Source: Candidatus Doudnabacteria bacterium (GTDB taxonomy: Bacteria > Patescibacteriota > Doudnabacteria > UBA920). From it: DNA of 64,000 bases. A model generated the notes under the pieces. That model was given only the letters and a program-made list of their open reading frames with translations. It was not told where the DNA came from and did not search any database. Location of the stretch: contig JARLHZ010000034.1 in assembly GCA_031291995.1 (NCBI GenBank), positions 78,915 through 142,914 of the forward strand, written 5' to 3'. Shown one piece after another: positions 54,601-64,000 of the stretch. Position 1 is the stretch's first letter; every line of letters begins with the position of its first letter. Made by a program: the position numbers and the translations under genes.

Positions 54601-55802
54601 GAATTATGCACGCTTTGGAGCGGCAATATAAATTTATTCGCAGCAATTTTTTGGATTTTTTGGGTATTTTCTCGCCCAATTTTCCGGCCGTTCCCATGGG
54701 CTCTTTGGGAAAAAGGGTGTTGATTTTTAACTGGCGCGACACCAGGCACGCGTTTGCCGGCGGCGCGGAAGTTTATGTCCACGAGCTGGCCAGGCGCTGG
54801 GCGGATTCCGGGACCCGGGTCGTCTTGTTTTGCGGCAACGACGGCAACTGTCCGCGCGAGGAAATAATTGACGGCGTGCATATTGTCAGGCGCGGCGGGT
54901 TTTACTTTGTTTACGTCTGGGCGTTCTTTTACTATCTGTTCCGTTTCCGGGGAAAATTTAACGTAATAGTCGATTGTCAAAACGGCATCCCGTTTTTTAC
55001 CCCGCTTTATGCCCGGGAAAAAATTTACTGCCTCATGCACCATGTCCACCAGGAAGTTTTCCGAAAACATTTGCGATTTCCATTAAGCACAATAGCCTCG
55101 CTGCTGGAAAATACCGCCATGCCCCTTGTCTACAAGAAAGTAAAGTTTATTACCATTTCCGATTCCAGCAAAAGCGAGATGGAAAATCTGGGCTTGGGCT
55201 CGGCCGGCATGGAAATAGTCCATCCCGGCGTGGATTTGCAAAATTTGGAGCCGGGAGAGAAATACAAACAGCCGCTGGTTTTGTATCTGGGGCGACTGAA
55301 AGCCTATAAATCCGTGGACGTGCTGATTAACGCGTTTCGGCATATTGCCCAACGATTGCCCGCCGCCCGCCTGGTAATTGCCGGGGACGGGGAAGATCGC
55401 GAACATCTGGAAAAATTGACCCAACTCCTGCGGCTGGGCGAAAGAGTGAGCTTTTTGGGAAAAATTTCGGAACAGGAAAAAATTTCCTGGCTAAAAAAAG
55501 CCTGGGTATTCTGCAATCCTTCCATGATGGAAGGTTGGGGCATAACCACCATCGAGGCCAATGCCTGCGGCGTGCCCGTGGTGGCGGCTAATGTGCCGGG
55601 GCTCCGCGACAGCGTCAATAATCCGCACACCGGTTTTTTGGTTGAGCACGGCAACGCGCCGAAATTCGCGGAACATATTTTAAAAATTTTGACCAACCGA
55701 AGCTTGCAGCAATTTATGGAAGCCCAATCCGTAAAATGGGCGGCGCATTTTGACTGGGACGCGAGCGCCAAAAAAAGCTTAAAAATTATTTATGGCTACT
55801 AA
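51693..55802 (+). CDS. GT2 (processive type) + Wzx/MOP flippase-like + GT4 fusion
   Basis: YDAED, VTED and QRSRW; central block of about 12 TMs; C-terminal GGAE, GRL...K and EGWGITTIEA. Confidence 0.88.
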   Translation: MMNFFRNKKSTAADGFQAANLRLPLHKTAKTTLDSNQKIWILVFAAVFGLSVSFNWRLTLLSVIALLMILYFIDLIFNLFLIFRSFSYRPEIVSDSTELNNLDDAALPVYTVFCPLYRESAVLPQFIRAMGSLDYPKDKLQILLLLEEDDRPTIRAARAASLPPYFEIAVVPHSLPKTKPKAMNHGLGLAKGEYITIYDAEDVPDPRQLKKAYLAFHTLGPKVVCVQSKLNFYNPSQNFVTRLFTAEYSLWFDLVLPGLQSLGAPIPLGGTSNHFRTADLIRLKGWDPFNVTEDCDLGVRLAKHGYRTAIIDSTTYEEANSHLKNWYSQRSRWIKGYMQTYLVHMRSPKEMWKDWREPHLLTFQLVVGGKILSMFINPLLWLVTIIYFLFRSSAAPYIEPFFPGWILYLGVFSLVFGNFLYLYYYMIGLAKRQYDGMIKYAFAVPFYWLAMSLAAWQAFYEIIFKPHYWAKTVHGLHLDKKAFERERSPEPAAEIAGGPDIITVAPANVQTPSVAAGIAQNFAVSAVSQASFSLLDRSRTIFRTPKKFLRASFLVSKNKVMPLLSTGLGAGTVLAAAMMTANFFNFFYNAYLGRVLSYETFGIVILFNTFLSFLTVFVGALSTTVTHRAAYLKSRFGGSAAEEFMELMRRKSLWAALAACGIWLVSVPMLESYFNLPHFLPFILFAPVIALSVVAYNERAFLQGGLFFKLVGAAILAESGAKLFSAFLLAGVFHLPDWVYLSIPISLGASALCAWLLVKRVSVKNLAAGRNFVREKEVAGEGFPAKFFLASLLAGLSTSVFLNFDVFLTKHYFPAALAGEYSLLSLIGKMIYFLGSLLISFIVALVSSNEGQNASSQKTFYRIFAATAALVFASVIALGPLGGIVVPLLFGAKAVPILPFLTDYMLAMALFTLSTAILMYHLARRQYVFSGAALLCAAVMCAGIILRHGGILQVTHVMLLAGALSLAVLGIMHALERQYKFIRSNFLDFLGIFSPNFPAVPMGSLGKRVLIFNWRDTRHAFAGGAEVYVHELARRWADSGTRVVLFCGNDGNCPREEIIDGVHIVRRGGFYFVYVWAFFYYLFRFRGKFNVIVDCQNGIPFFTPLYAREKIYCLMHHVHQEVFRKHLRFPLSTIASLLENTAMPLVYKKVKFITISDSSKSEMENLGLGSAGMEIVHPGVDLQNLEPGEKYKQPLVLYLGRLKAYKSVDVLINAFRHIAQRLPAARLVIAGDGEDREHLEKLTQLLRLGERVSFLGKISEQEKISWLKKAWVFCNPSMMEGWGITTIEANACGVPVVAANVPGLRDSVNNPHTGFLVEHGNAPKFAEHILKILTNRSLQQFMEAQSVKWAAHFDWDASAKKSLKIIYGY

Positions 55803-55804
55803 TT

Positions 55805-56944
55805 ATGTTAAATAATTTGCAAAAATCGGGTGACAATGGCATTCTTTCCGGTAACCGGAAAAGAATTATTTTTTCCAATTATGACGACATAAAAAATCCC
55901 TATTATGGCGGCGGCGGATCCGTAGCCGTTCACGAAATTGCCAAGCGCCTGTCTTGGGATTTTTCAGTCAACGTGATTACCGGCAGCTATCCCGGCGCAA
56001 AAAATGAAACCGTTGACGGAGTGGAATACCGGCGCGTCGGCTTTTCCCGGACCGGTCCCAAAATGAGCCAGTTAATTTTTCAGGCGCTTTTGCCATTTTA
56101 CGTAATCTCAAAAAAATTCGATGTTTGGGTCGAAAGCTTTACGCCGCCTTTTTCCACGGCATTTTTGCAGCTTTTTACCCGTAAACCCGTGGTCGGCCTG
56201 ACTCATTTGCTGGCTGGAAAAAGCATGGCGAAAAAATACCGCCTGCCGTTTGATAAAATTGAGAATTTGGGCCTTAAGAGCTACAAGTACGCCATTGCTT
56301 TGACGCCCCAGGTTGAAATGGCAATTCGGAAAGTTAATCCGTCTATAAGAATATCGGTTATACCCAACGGGCTAAATAAATCGTTGACCCGCGCCGAGTT
56401 CCCAAAACAGCCGGAACACATTTTATTTTTAGGCCGGGTGGATGTTGAACAAAAAGGACTGGATTTGCTGCTGGAGGCGTACCGTTCGGCCGGCGACAGG
56501 CTGAAGGATGAACTGCTGATCGCCGGGAGCGGCAATAAGGCCGACCTGGATTTAATTGTCGGGCGGATTGCCGATTTGGGATTGTCGCGGCAAGTTACGC
56601 TTGCCGGCCGAGCCTCGGGAAAATATAAAGAGGATTTGTACAAAAGGGCTAAATTTTTTGTATTGCCTTCGCGATACGAAACTTTTCCTTTAACTATTCT
56701 GGAGGCTTTTGCTTTTGGCTGTCCCGTAATTATGTTTGATATCGAAAACTTAAAATGGGTGCCCCCGGAATGTGCCGTGAAAATTCCACCGTTTGATGTG
56801 CAAAAATTCGGGCGGGCTATGGCCGATTTAGCCGAAGATTCCGTCCGGCTCCGGGTCATGGCCGGCGCTGCCAAAAAATTTGTCCGGCAGTTTGAATGGG
56901 ACAGCCTGGCCGAACTGTACGCGAAATTTTTAAACGCGCTATAA
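55805..56944 (+). CDS. Glycosyltransferase family 4
   Basis: IPNG, FLGR...QKG and PSRYETFPLTILEA. Confidence 0.9.
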   Translation: MLNNLQKSGDNGILSGNRKRIIFSNYDDIKNPYYGGGGSVAVHEIAKRLSWDFSVNVITGSYPGAKNETVDGVEYRRVGFSRTGPKMSQLIFQALLPFYVISKKFDVWVESFTPPFSTAFLQLFTRKPVVGLTHLLAGKSMAKKYRLPFDKIENLGLKSYKYAIALTPQVEMAIRKVNPSIRISVIPNGLNKSLTRAEFPKQPEHILFLGRVDVEQKGLDLLLEAYRSAGDRLKDELLIAGSGNKADLDLIVGRIADLGLSRQVTLAGRASGKYKEDLYKRAKFFVLPSRYETFPLTILEAFAFGCPVIMFDIENLKWVPPECAVKIPPFDVQKFGRAMADLAEDSVRLRVMAGAAKKFVRQFEWDSLAELYAKFLNAL

Positions 56945-56955
56945 ATTGAAATCTT

Positions 56956-58170
56956 ATGGAAACATCCGGGAAAAAAATTGAAGTTTTAGTCGACCATTTC
57001 TATCCCGTCACCGGCGGCTTGGCCATCCATTGCCTGCGAGTCTATGGGATTTTAAGCCGTCGCGGCTGGCAGATTACAGTTAGAGCCACTAAAAATACCA
57101 CGGAAGAAAAAAATGTCCTGCCGGCTCGCGGCAGCGTATCCGGGATTGAAATTTTCCGTTATTCATTTGAAAATTATAATTTTAATCCCTGGGCCTTGAA
57201 AATCGATTATCGGGGCGCGGCGGTGGTTTGTTTGAACGAATTGGTAATTTTACCGCACTATTTTGTATATATTTACAGTTATCTTTTAAAACTGTTCAGC
57301 CGCAGGAATTTTGCCGTCGTGCTGACTTCTCACGGTTTATTCACCACGGATATCGGCGTCTATCGAAGTTTAAAACGCAAAATTAAAAGAATTATAGACA
57401 GGACTTTGGGCGTGTTTTTAATCAACCGGACGGTTAACCGCGTTCACTCCATTTCCCAAACCGAAAAAGATGGCCTGGTGGCGGCCGGGGTTAATCCGGA
57501 AATTATCGAAGTCATCCCTAACGGGGTGGATGAGGAAGCGTTTAAGGATATTGATAGCCTGGCTTCGGCGGACGTAAAAAATTTGGTGTCCGAGTTCGGT
57601 ATTTATCTTCTGCAAATCGGCAGGCTGGATCGCCACAAAAATTACGAAGCGACAATCAAAGCTTTATGTTTGTTACCCGAAGAAATCAAATATGTGATAT
57701 TGGGGGCCGATGAAGATCGAGATTACAAACAGGAGCTACAGCAACTAATCGCCAGGTTAAGTTTGGAAAAGCGGGTAATTTTTGCAGGGGTAATTAAGGG
57801 CGCCGATAAATTTTATTTGTTAAAGCATGCTTTGGTTTACATCCATATGGCGCACTCCGAAGGTTTTGGGATGGTCGTGCAGGAGGCAATGAGCCAGGGG
57901 GCCGTGTGCCTGGTTTCACGGGGGACCGGCCTGGAGGAGCTGGTAACCGACGGGGTAAACGGGTACGCGCTGTCCAAAGACGACGCCGAAGGCATTGCGC
58001 AAAAAATTGGGTTTATTTTTAATCATCCGGATGACCCGGAGCTGCAAGAAATTCGCCGGAACGGGTTTCTTTACGCTAAAAGCCGGGATTGGGAAAAAGT
58101 CGCCGGATCCATGGAAGAGCTGTTTAACCGGGCAATAATTGATAATCAACGGGCTTATGACGGACAATAA
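56956..58170 (+). CDS. Glycosyltransferase family 4
   Basis: IPNGVD, GRL..HK and EGFGMVVQEAM. Confidence 0.9.
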   Translation: METSGKKIEVLVDHFYPVTGGLAIHCLRVYGILSRRGWQITVRATKNTTEEKNVLPARGSVSGIEIFRYSFENYNFNPWALKIDYRGAAVVCLNELVILPHYFVYIYSYLLKLFSRRNFAVVLTSHGLFTTDIGVYRSLKRKIKRIIDRTLGVFLINRTVNRVHSISQTEKDGLVAAGVNPEIIEVIPNGVDEEAFKDIDSLASADVKNLVSEFGIYLLQIGRLDRHKNYEATIKALCLLPEEIKYVILGADEDRDYKQELQQLIARLSLEKRVIFAGVIKGADKFYLLKHALVYIHMAHSEGFGMVVQEAMSQGAVCLVSRGTGLEELVTDGVNGYALSKDDAEGIAQKIGFIFNHPDDPELQEIRRNGFLYAKSRDWEKVAGSMEELFNRAIIDNQRAYDGQ

Positions 58171-59701
58171 AAAAAATATTCTGTGCATCGCTTTTTTGGT
58201 CCTGGTTGGCGCGATTTTTTACTTCGCGACTTTAAAAGCCGTGCCGGGGTTTGTGGATTTGCGTACCGGCCTGCCCAATAACCCGGCCCAGTTCGGCGGC
58301 ATCGGACCTTTTGAAAGTTCACACGAAAGATCGTCATACGCCATGGTCCTGTCCATGCTCGATTACCATACGGTCAGCCTGCCCAAGCCCCTGGCCGACT
58401 TCGGATCGCCCGATGTCGGCTACTACAACGGCAAATTTTACAGTTTTTTTCCGCCGGGCGTGGCGGCGATGGCTTACCCTTTTTATATTTTGGGGGAACA
58501 CTGGAATCTTCCGATTGCCTTCGCTTATTTTTCGATGTGTATTGCCGCAATCTTGGCTTTGGCCATGCTGTTTATTATTTGCCGGGATATATTTGGTTTT
58601 TCGGCGCCATTGTCGTTACTGGTCGTTTTTATATTGGGTTTTGGAACGATTTTTTTGAATTATTCAATTACCCTTTATCAGCATATTCCGACGATATTTT
58701 TAATGTTCGTGTCGTATTATTCCGTTTGGAAATTCAGGAAAGGCGGCAAATTTGCCTGGCTGTGGGCGGCGGCCGTTTGGGCTTGCTACGGGCTGGGGCC
58801 GATTTTTGACTACCCGAATTTAATTTTAATGCTTCCAATTCTTGGCTACTTTTTTGCCTCTGCCTTCAGCCTGGCGCGGACGGATGACGGCCTGAAAATC
58901 GGCCTGCGAAATTCTTTTGTGGCCTCTCTTGTCGTGCTGTTGCTGCTCGGCGTTGCGCAGATATATTATAACCGTTCGGTGTTCGGCAACTGGCGAATAT
59001 ACAGCAACGCGCTGCCCCGCTACGACCAAACTCTCGGCTCCCCCGATCTGAGCAACGCGGCAACGCAGGCGATTACCAGGCAAAAGGAATCGGTGGCGTC
59101 GGTATTTTCCGAAAAAAACCTGCCGCTGGGATTTTATATATTGACTGTTTCGGTGGATAAAGGCCTGTTTGTTTATATGCCGATATTTGTATTGGCGATT
59201 CTGGGGATGTACGCCGTACGAAAAAAGATGACCTTGGAAATCTGGACGCTGTTGGCAATTTGCGCTTTAAACCTTATTTTGTATAGCAGTTTCGGCGACC
59301 CGTGGGGCGGGTTGTCGTACGGGCCGAGGTACCTGCTGCCCGCGATCGCCGTTTTGCCGGTTTTTATCGGCTTCTGGATTCAGAGCCTGGGCAAGCGCCG
59401 ACTTTGGGGAAGCGCCGCTCTGTTCGCGCTCTTTGCCTATTCTTCGGCGGTATCATTGCTTGGAGCGGTTACCCGCAACGTGGTCTTTCCCAAACCCGAG
59501 GCACTGTACGCCGATACCAGTAATAAATTCTGGTTCAACGCGCGTTATTTAAAGCTCAATCAAAGCGGCAGTTTCGCTTACAATGAATTTTTTTCGGGCC
59601 GGATTTCATTAACCGAATATTATCTTATTTTGTTCGCGGCCATCCTTATTTTAATGCTCGCGCTTTTACTTTTAATCCCCAAATACGAGTATGGTGATTA
59701 G
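58139..59701 (+). CDS. GT-C fold membrane glycosyltransferase
   Basis: Multiple TMs, YSFFPPG and W.G..YGPRYLLP; start may be ATG 58157. Confidence 0.75.
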   Translation: MIINGLMTDNKKNILCIAFLVLVGAIFYFATLKAVPGFVDLRTGLPNNPAQFGGIGPFESSHERSSYAMVLSMLDYHTVSLPKPLADFGSPDVGYYNGKFYSFFPPGVAAMAYPFYILGEHWNLPIAFAYFSMCIAAILALAMLFIICRDIFGFSAPLSLLVVFILGFGTIFLNYSITLYQHIPTIFLMFVSYYSVWKFRKGGKFAWLWAAAVWACYGLGPIFDYPNLILMLPILGYFFASAFSLARTDDGLKIGLRNSFVASLVVLLLLGVAQIYYNRSVFGNWRIYSNALPRYDQTLGSPDLSNAATQAITRQKESVASVFSEKNLPLGFYILTVSVDKGLFVYMPIFVLAILGMYAVRKKMTLEIWTLLAICALNLILYSSFGDPWGGLSYGPRYLLPAIAVLPVFIGFWIQSLGKRRLWGSAALFALFAYSSAVSLLGAVTRNVVFPKPEALYADTSNKFWFNARYLKLNQSGSFAYNEFFSGRISLTEYYLILFAAILILMLALLLLIPKYEYGD

Positions 59702-61334
59702 CTTGACTATAAAAAACAGCTGGATCGGCGGGGTAAAGCGCCTGGCCGGAATTATCAGCCCGGAGCAATGGGTGGCCGTTGCCGCTTTGTTTTTGGCTGT
59801 GGCCTCGACAGCTTACTCGTTTGCCATGGGCTATATAATTTCTTACGGTGATGCCGAGTCCCATTTAAACATCGCCAAAAGGGTTGTTGACTCGCTGACG
59901 CCGGGCTTTGCCCAATTGGGCGGCATTTGGCTGCCGCTGCCGCATTTGTTGCTCATCCCTTTTGTCTATTCCGATTTTTTATGGCGGACCGGGCTGGCCG
60001 GTTCGATAGTTTCGGGCGCGTGTTTTATCGTCTCCGCGGTATTTTTATATAAGACGGTATTTTTAGTGTCCAAAAATAGGGCTGCCGCCCTATTTGGCGC
60101 TTTGGTTTTTATTCTTAACCCCAATATTTTATATTTACAGACAACGCCGATGAGCGAGCTGGTGTTGATTGTGTTTTTTATACTGTCGACCTATTACTTT
60201 ATTAAGTATGTCGGTGACCAATCGGATCTGCCGGCTCTGCTACTCGCGGCATTTTACGGTTTTTGCGCCACAATTTCCCGGTACGACGGTTGGTTTTTGG
60301 TCGCCATTGAGGCCGTCGTGCTGATATTGCTGCCGCTGGCAGGCGCTCCGAAAAGTCCGGGTAAATTTTGGCAATTCGCAAAGAGCAGCTACAAAAAAAT
60401 TGAAGGCAAAGCCGTCCTATTTTCCACGCTGGCCTTTTTTGGCATAATTTTGTGGTTCGGCTGGGGCTGGCTGATTTTAGGCGACCCGTTATACTTTACC
60501 GACAGTGATTATTCGGCCAAATCCCAGCAGCTGGCCTGGGCGGCGCGTAATGAACTGCCCGGCAAAGGCCATGCCGTTGTCTCATTTTTATATTATTTTG
60601 TCACAAGCATGAGCAATGCCGGAGTAATTATGTTCACTCTGGCTATTTTTGGCCTGGCGGTTTATTTGTTTAAAAATAAAAGTCCGGGCCGCTGGTTTGT
60701 GGCCGCGGTGCTGCTGGCTCCGTTTATTTTTAATGTTTTGAGTTTATACCTCGGGCAGTCGGTAATTTTTATCCCTTCTCTAACGCCGACCTCTTACGAT
60801 TGGACGCTGTTTAACGTCCGTTACGGAGTCATGATGGTTCCTTGCGTGGCGTTTTGCGCCGGCTACCTGTTTTCACAAATTCGTCCCGGCGGCAGGAGTC
60901 TGCTGGCCATACTGTCGGTATTACAGATAGGCCTGTTTGTAGTCGGATATTCCCCGGTCATTTCCATGCAGGACGGCGTGGTCGGTTTGTCTTCGGAAAT
61001 CCACCAGGTGCCGGACGCCCAATATTTCGTGGATAAAAATTACGACGGCGGATTGGTGCTTCAGGATGATTTCGCGCGAACCATCAGTATTATTAAGAGC
61101 CCTATCCCTATGAAAAATACCATCTACGTGGGCAACAAACCCTATTACCAAGAGTCCCTGCAGGAGCCTGAAAAATACGCCCGGTGGATTTTTATGCAGC
61201 AAAACGACGAAATTTGGAAGGCGCTGTATGACGATCCGGCCATGCAGGGGAGGCTGTACAAATATTTTACGAAAGTCTATACATCGCCGACAATATTAAT
61301 TTTTAAACGCAATAATGTCCCCGAACAATCGTAA
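59691..61334 (+). CDS. GT-C fold (PMT/ArnT-like) glycosyltransferase
   Basis: YGDAESH, WLPLPH, PMSE, RYDGW and RY motifs; many TMs. Confidence 0.8.
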   Translation: MVISLTIKNSWIGGVKRLAGIISPEQWVAVAALFLAVASTAYSFAMGYIISYGDAESHLNIAKRVVDSLTPGFAQLGGIWLPLPHLLLIPFVYSDFLWRTGLAGSIVSGACFIVSAVFLYKTVFLVSKNRAAALFGALVFILNPNILYLQTTPMSELVLIVFFILSTYYFIKYVGDQSDLPALLLAAFYGFCATISRYDGWFLVAIEAVVLILLPLAGAPKSPGKFWQFAKSSYKKIEGKAVLFSTLAFFGIILWFGWGWLILGDPLYFTDSDYSAKSQQLAWAARNELPGKGHAVVSFLYYFVTSMSNAGVIMFTLAIFGLAVYLFKNKSPGRWFVAAVLLAPFIFNVLSLYLGQSVIFIPSLTPTSYDWTLFNVRYGVMMVPCVAFCAGYLFSQIRPGGRSLLAILSVLQIGLFVVGYSPVISMQDGVVGLSSEIHQVPDAQYFVDKNYDGGLVLQDDFARTISIIKSPIPMKNTIYVGNKPYYQESLQEPEKYARWIFMQQNDEIWKALYDDPAMQGRLYKYFTKVYTSPTILIFKRNNVPEQS

Positions 61335-62601
61335 AATATTATCCGGCCTATTCCTTGTTTTAATGCTGGCCTCGCCGAAAAAAATATTCGCGGCCGCCGC
61401 GCAGGGGACTTTTTGGCACTATCAATGCATAGATACGGTAAAATATTCGCGTGACACCGCTCGGGCCTGGAGCGGCAAAGAGGCTCAGCTTAGCGCCCTG
61501 ATAAACGCCCAAATGGGGCAGATTGCGAACACCGGAGCAAACTGCGTGGCGATTGATACGCCGTATGATCCGGAATTCACGACGTTTTTATCCAAGTGGG
61601 TGCTGGCGGCGCGGGCAAACGGATTGATGGTGTGGTTTCGCGGAAATTTATCCGGCTGGGAGGGCTGGTTTAATTATCCGAGGTTGAGTTCCGGTTCTCA
61701 ACATAATGAGGAAGTCTATCGGTTTATCGCACAAAATCCATCCCTGTTTAAAGACGGCGATATGTTTACTCCGGCACCGGAACCTGAGAACGGAATATTG
61801 GGCAGTCCTTTTGCCGGCCCTCAAGCCGCCGAAAATTTACGGCAATTTATGGTTTCTTCATACCGGAATTGCCAGACGGCTTTTAAGGCAATAAATAAAA
61901 ATGTGGGCTGCGGTTTTTATTCCACCAATGGCGATGTCGCTAAGCAAATTTTAAATCAGCGGACGGTTCAAGGTATAGGCGGCCTGGTGGCCGTTGACCA
62001 TTATGTGAAGACCGCGGAACAGCTGGAGAGCGATTTGCAAAATTTGCGCGACGAATTCGGCACAAACGTTTTTTTGGGCGAATTCGGCGCGCCGATACCG
62101 GATCTCCAGGGGAATTTAACCGAGGCCGGGCAGGCCATGGTGGTTGGGCAGATGCTTAACGCCGCTTATCGGAAAAAAAGTTTTATTACCGGCATAAATT
62201 ATTGGACGCTGTCCGGCGGATCCACGGCCCTGGTCAACGACGACGGCAGCGCGCGGCAGGCTTATGATGTTGTGAGGGATTATTACGACCCGGGGAAAAT
62301 TACTGGAACGGTTTATGATGACGCCGGTGATAGGTTAGTAAACGCCGCGGTTTCTGACGAAGGAACTAATGCAACGGCCACGGATAAATACGGAAATTTT
62401 TCCCTGCTCGTGCCGGCGGAAAACAGCATAGCGCTAAAAGTGTCCTTAACTGGTTTTGTCCCGGCAACCGGCGCGCTTACTGTTGGACCCGGAGGTGTTG
62501 GCCGTCTGGATTTCACGCTGTCCCCGGCTCATCCTTCAATTTTTTATCGGCTAAAAAATTTTTTTAGGAATATATACCGGAAATTTTTTTATCGTTCTTA
62601 A
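61315..62601 (+). CDS. Secreted clan GH-A-like glycoside hydrolase with a C-terminal carboxypeptidase-regulatory-like domain
   Basis: Signal peptide, PEPEN, DHY, LGEFG and YW; ITGTV.D..G..L..A.V...TD..G.F. Confidence 0.7.
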   Translation: MSPNNRKILSGLFLVLMLASPKKIFAAAAQGTFWHYQCIDTVKYSRDTARAWSGKEAQLSALINAQMGQIANTGANCVAIDTPYDPEFTTFLSKWVLAARANGLMVWFRGNLSGWEGWFNYPRLSSGSQHNEEVYRFIAQNPSLFKDGDMFTPAPEPENGILGSPFAGPQAAENLRQFMVSSYRNCQTAFKAINKNVGCGFYSTNGDVAKQILNQRTVQGIGGLVAVDHYVKTAEQLESDLQNLRDEFGTNVFLGEFGAPIPDLQGNLTEAGQAMVVGQMLNAAYRKKSFITGINYWTLSGGSTALVNDDGSARQAYDVVRDYYDPGKITGTVYDDAGDRLVNAAVSDEGTNATATDKYGNFSLLVPAENSIALKVSLTGFVPATGALTVGPGGVGRLDFTLSPAHPSIFYRLKNFFRNIYRKFFYRS

Positions 62602-62721
62602 ATTAAATGGCGGCCTGGGACATTAGCGGCGCTTTTGTGACACAAGTTGCGCCGGCCGACGATTAGTAATGTACAGCTGTTTGCGCAAACGGCGGATTGT
62701 AATTATTAATTATGAAAATTT

Positions 62722-63513
62722 ATGAAACTTTCAATTGTCGTTCCGGCTTACAATGAGGAGTCGCGGATTGTCCCGACGTTGCTGGACATGAGGGACTATC
62801 TTGAGGAGCAAACTTATGATTATGAAATAATTGTGGTGGTTAACGGCAGTACGGATCAAACATTTATGGCGGCGAAAAGCCTGGCGGATTTGGGGATGAA
62901 TAAAATTTTGGTCAAGGAATTGCCCGTCGCGGGAAAAGGCAACGCGGTCAAGCGGGGGATTCTTGATTATTCGTTCGGCGATATTATTTTGTTTATGGAT
63001 GCAGACAATGCCACGAAGGTTTCCGAGATTGGCAAATTTTTCCGGTATTTTCAAAGAGGTTACGATGTAGTCATAGGTTCGCGCTATTTAAATTCGAGTT
63101 TAATTAAGAGGTCGCAGCCGTTTTACCGCGTGGCGTTAAGCCGGCTGAGCAACGCGCTTATCCGGTTAATGGCCGTGCCCGGCGTCCGGGACACCCAGCT
63201 CGGATTTAAAGCATTCACGCAACAGGCCGCCCTGGACATTTTCCCATTGGCGACGGTAAATAATTGGGCGTTCGACATTGAAATTCTCGCCATCGCCCGC
63301 GAACGCGGCTATAATATTAAGGAAGTCCCCGTAATTTGGGCCGAACCGGGAGGAAGCCATGTCCGACTGAAAGCCTATTGGCAATCGCTCCGCGAGCTGT
63401 TTGGGATAAAGCGGCGGATGATGTCGGGGAAATATCAGGCCCCGAGCGTCATTTCTGTTAAAGGCAGGGGCTCGGCCGGGGCGGATATTAAAACCCGTTA
63501 TGATATAATGTAG
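62722..63513 (+). CDS. Polyprenyl-phosphate glycosyltransferase (GT2, Alg5/DPM1-like)
   Basis: SIVVPAYNE, GSTD, GKG.AV, FMDAD, GSR, DTQ.GFK and FD.E. Confidence 0.88.
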   Translation: MKLSIVVPAYNEESRIVPTLLDMRDYLEEQTYDYEIIVVVNGSTDQTFMAAKSLADLGMNKILVKELPVAGKGNAVKRGILDYSFGDIILFMDADNATKVSEIGKFFRYFQRGYDVVIGSRYLNSSLIKRSQPFYRVALSRLSNALIRLMAVPGVRDTQLGFKAFTQQAALDIFPLATVNNWAFDIEILAIARERGYNIKEVPVIWAEPGGSHVRLKAYWQSLRELFGIKRRMMSGKYQAPSVISVKGRGSAGADIKTRYDIM

Positions 63514-63618
63514 ACAGGTTAACAATTTTGGTGTATCGAAATTCCGCATAAAACTAATCAGACACTTTTAACTTGTTAATATGAGACGTAGCTGCGTCTA
63601 ATATCAACAAACCTCCAG

Positions 63619-64000
63619 ATGAAACAGGGCGAGAAAATTTTTTACAATCATCCCTATTTTTGGGCGGTTTTGGGTTTGGTTTTCATATTTTTGGCGGTGC
63701 TGTATTTGGAACACCGATTCTTGAGCCGCCAATTTTCGCCGAAATTGCAGGAAGTGGCGGAGGTAAAATCCGCCCAAACGCCCACGCCCACGCCGTTGCC
63801 GCAACTGGATTTTGCCGCCTACGACGCGAAGCTTATGTTAATCGCCAATAATCCGGTGTCGGCCACCGGTACGGCGTCGTCCACCAACATAGCCTTGTGG
63901 CCGGTAAAAACCGCTTATCCAAATTATGGGGCTCTTCTGCCATTTAATCGGATTGTCGCGTATTATGGGAATCTGTATTCCCAAAACATGGGGGTGCTTG
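63619..64000 (+). CDS. Membrane-anchored hypothetical protein, runs off the window
   Basis: MKQGEK..., TM, TPTPTP linker, RIVAYYGNLYSQNMGVL; no stop before 64000. Confidence 0.7.
   Translation, partial: MKQGEKIFYNHPYFWAVLGLVFIFLAVLYLEHRFLSRQFSPKLQEVAEVKSAQTPTPTPLPQLDFAAYDAKLMLIANNPVSATGTASSTNIALWPVKTAYPNYGALLPFNRIVAYYGNLYSQNMGVL

Noticed and set aside
1-64000. Stop-codon reassignment (genetic code 25)
   Set aside because: TGA ends hisS, mod and dus at the expected positions.

Overview
Bacterial chromosome segment using the standard genetic code (TGA is a stop). It is most likely from a CPR/Patescibacteria genome. This is an inference from the stand-alone rplJ-rplL pair, the TrmB-like and PsbP-like proteins, the tandem GH130 genes, the mostly SD-less leaders and the repeat families. 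From left to right: (1) a minus-strand histidine operon, yerC/hisR-hisS-hisG-hisD-hisC-hisB-hisH, followed by an in-frame hisA-hisF fusion that runs off the window; (2) a decayed integrative element with a large serine recombinase, type III restriction-modification genes and a terminase fragment; (3) a cyclase-family hydrolase, two tandem-domain GH130 genes, YdcF, the L10 leader with rplJ and rplL, dus, a degenerate soluble PPase, a membrane PPase, an EEP phosphatase and a cardiolipin synthase; (4) an AT-rich island ending in a serine recombinase that overlaps tRNA-Gln(CTG); (5) a signalling and surface-glycan region with a TrmB-like regulator, Hsp20, an ECF sigma factor, an orphan receiver, a GAF-PAS-GGDEF-EAL protein, two c-di-GMP-II-like riboswitches, a Cna-B-like surface protein, a GT2-flippase-GT4 fusion and GT4, GT-C and GH genes. 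The most notable signals are a candidate His attenuator built into the hisR coding sequence, the paired variant riboswitches, a family of IS200/IS605-type miniature elements with reconstructable empty sites, and REP-like repeats inserted in frame in dus and inside the L10 leader. All calls come from reading the sequence by eye; no searches or folding programs were run.
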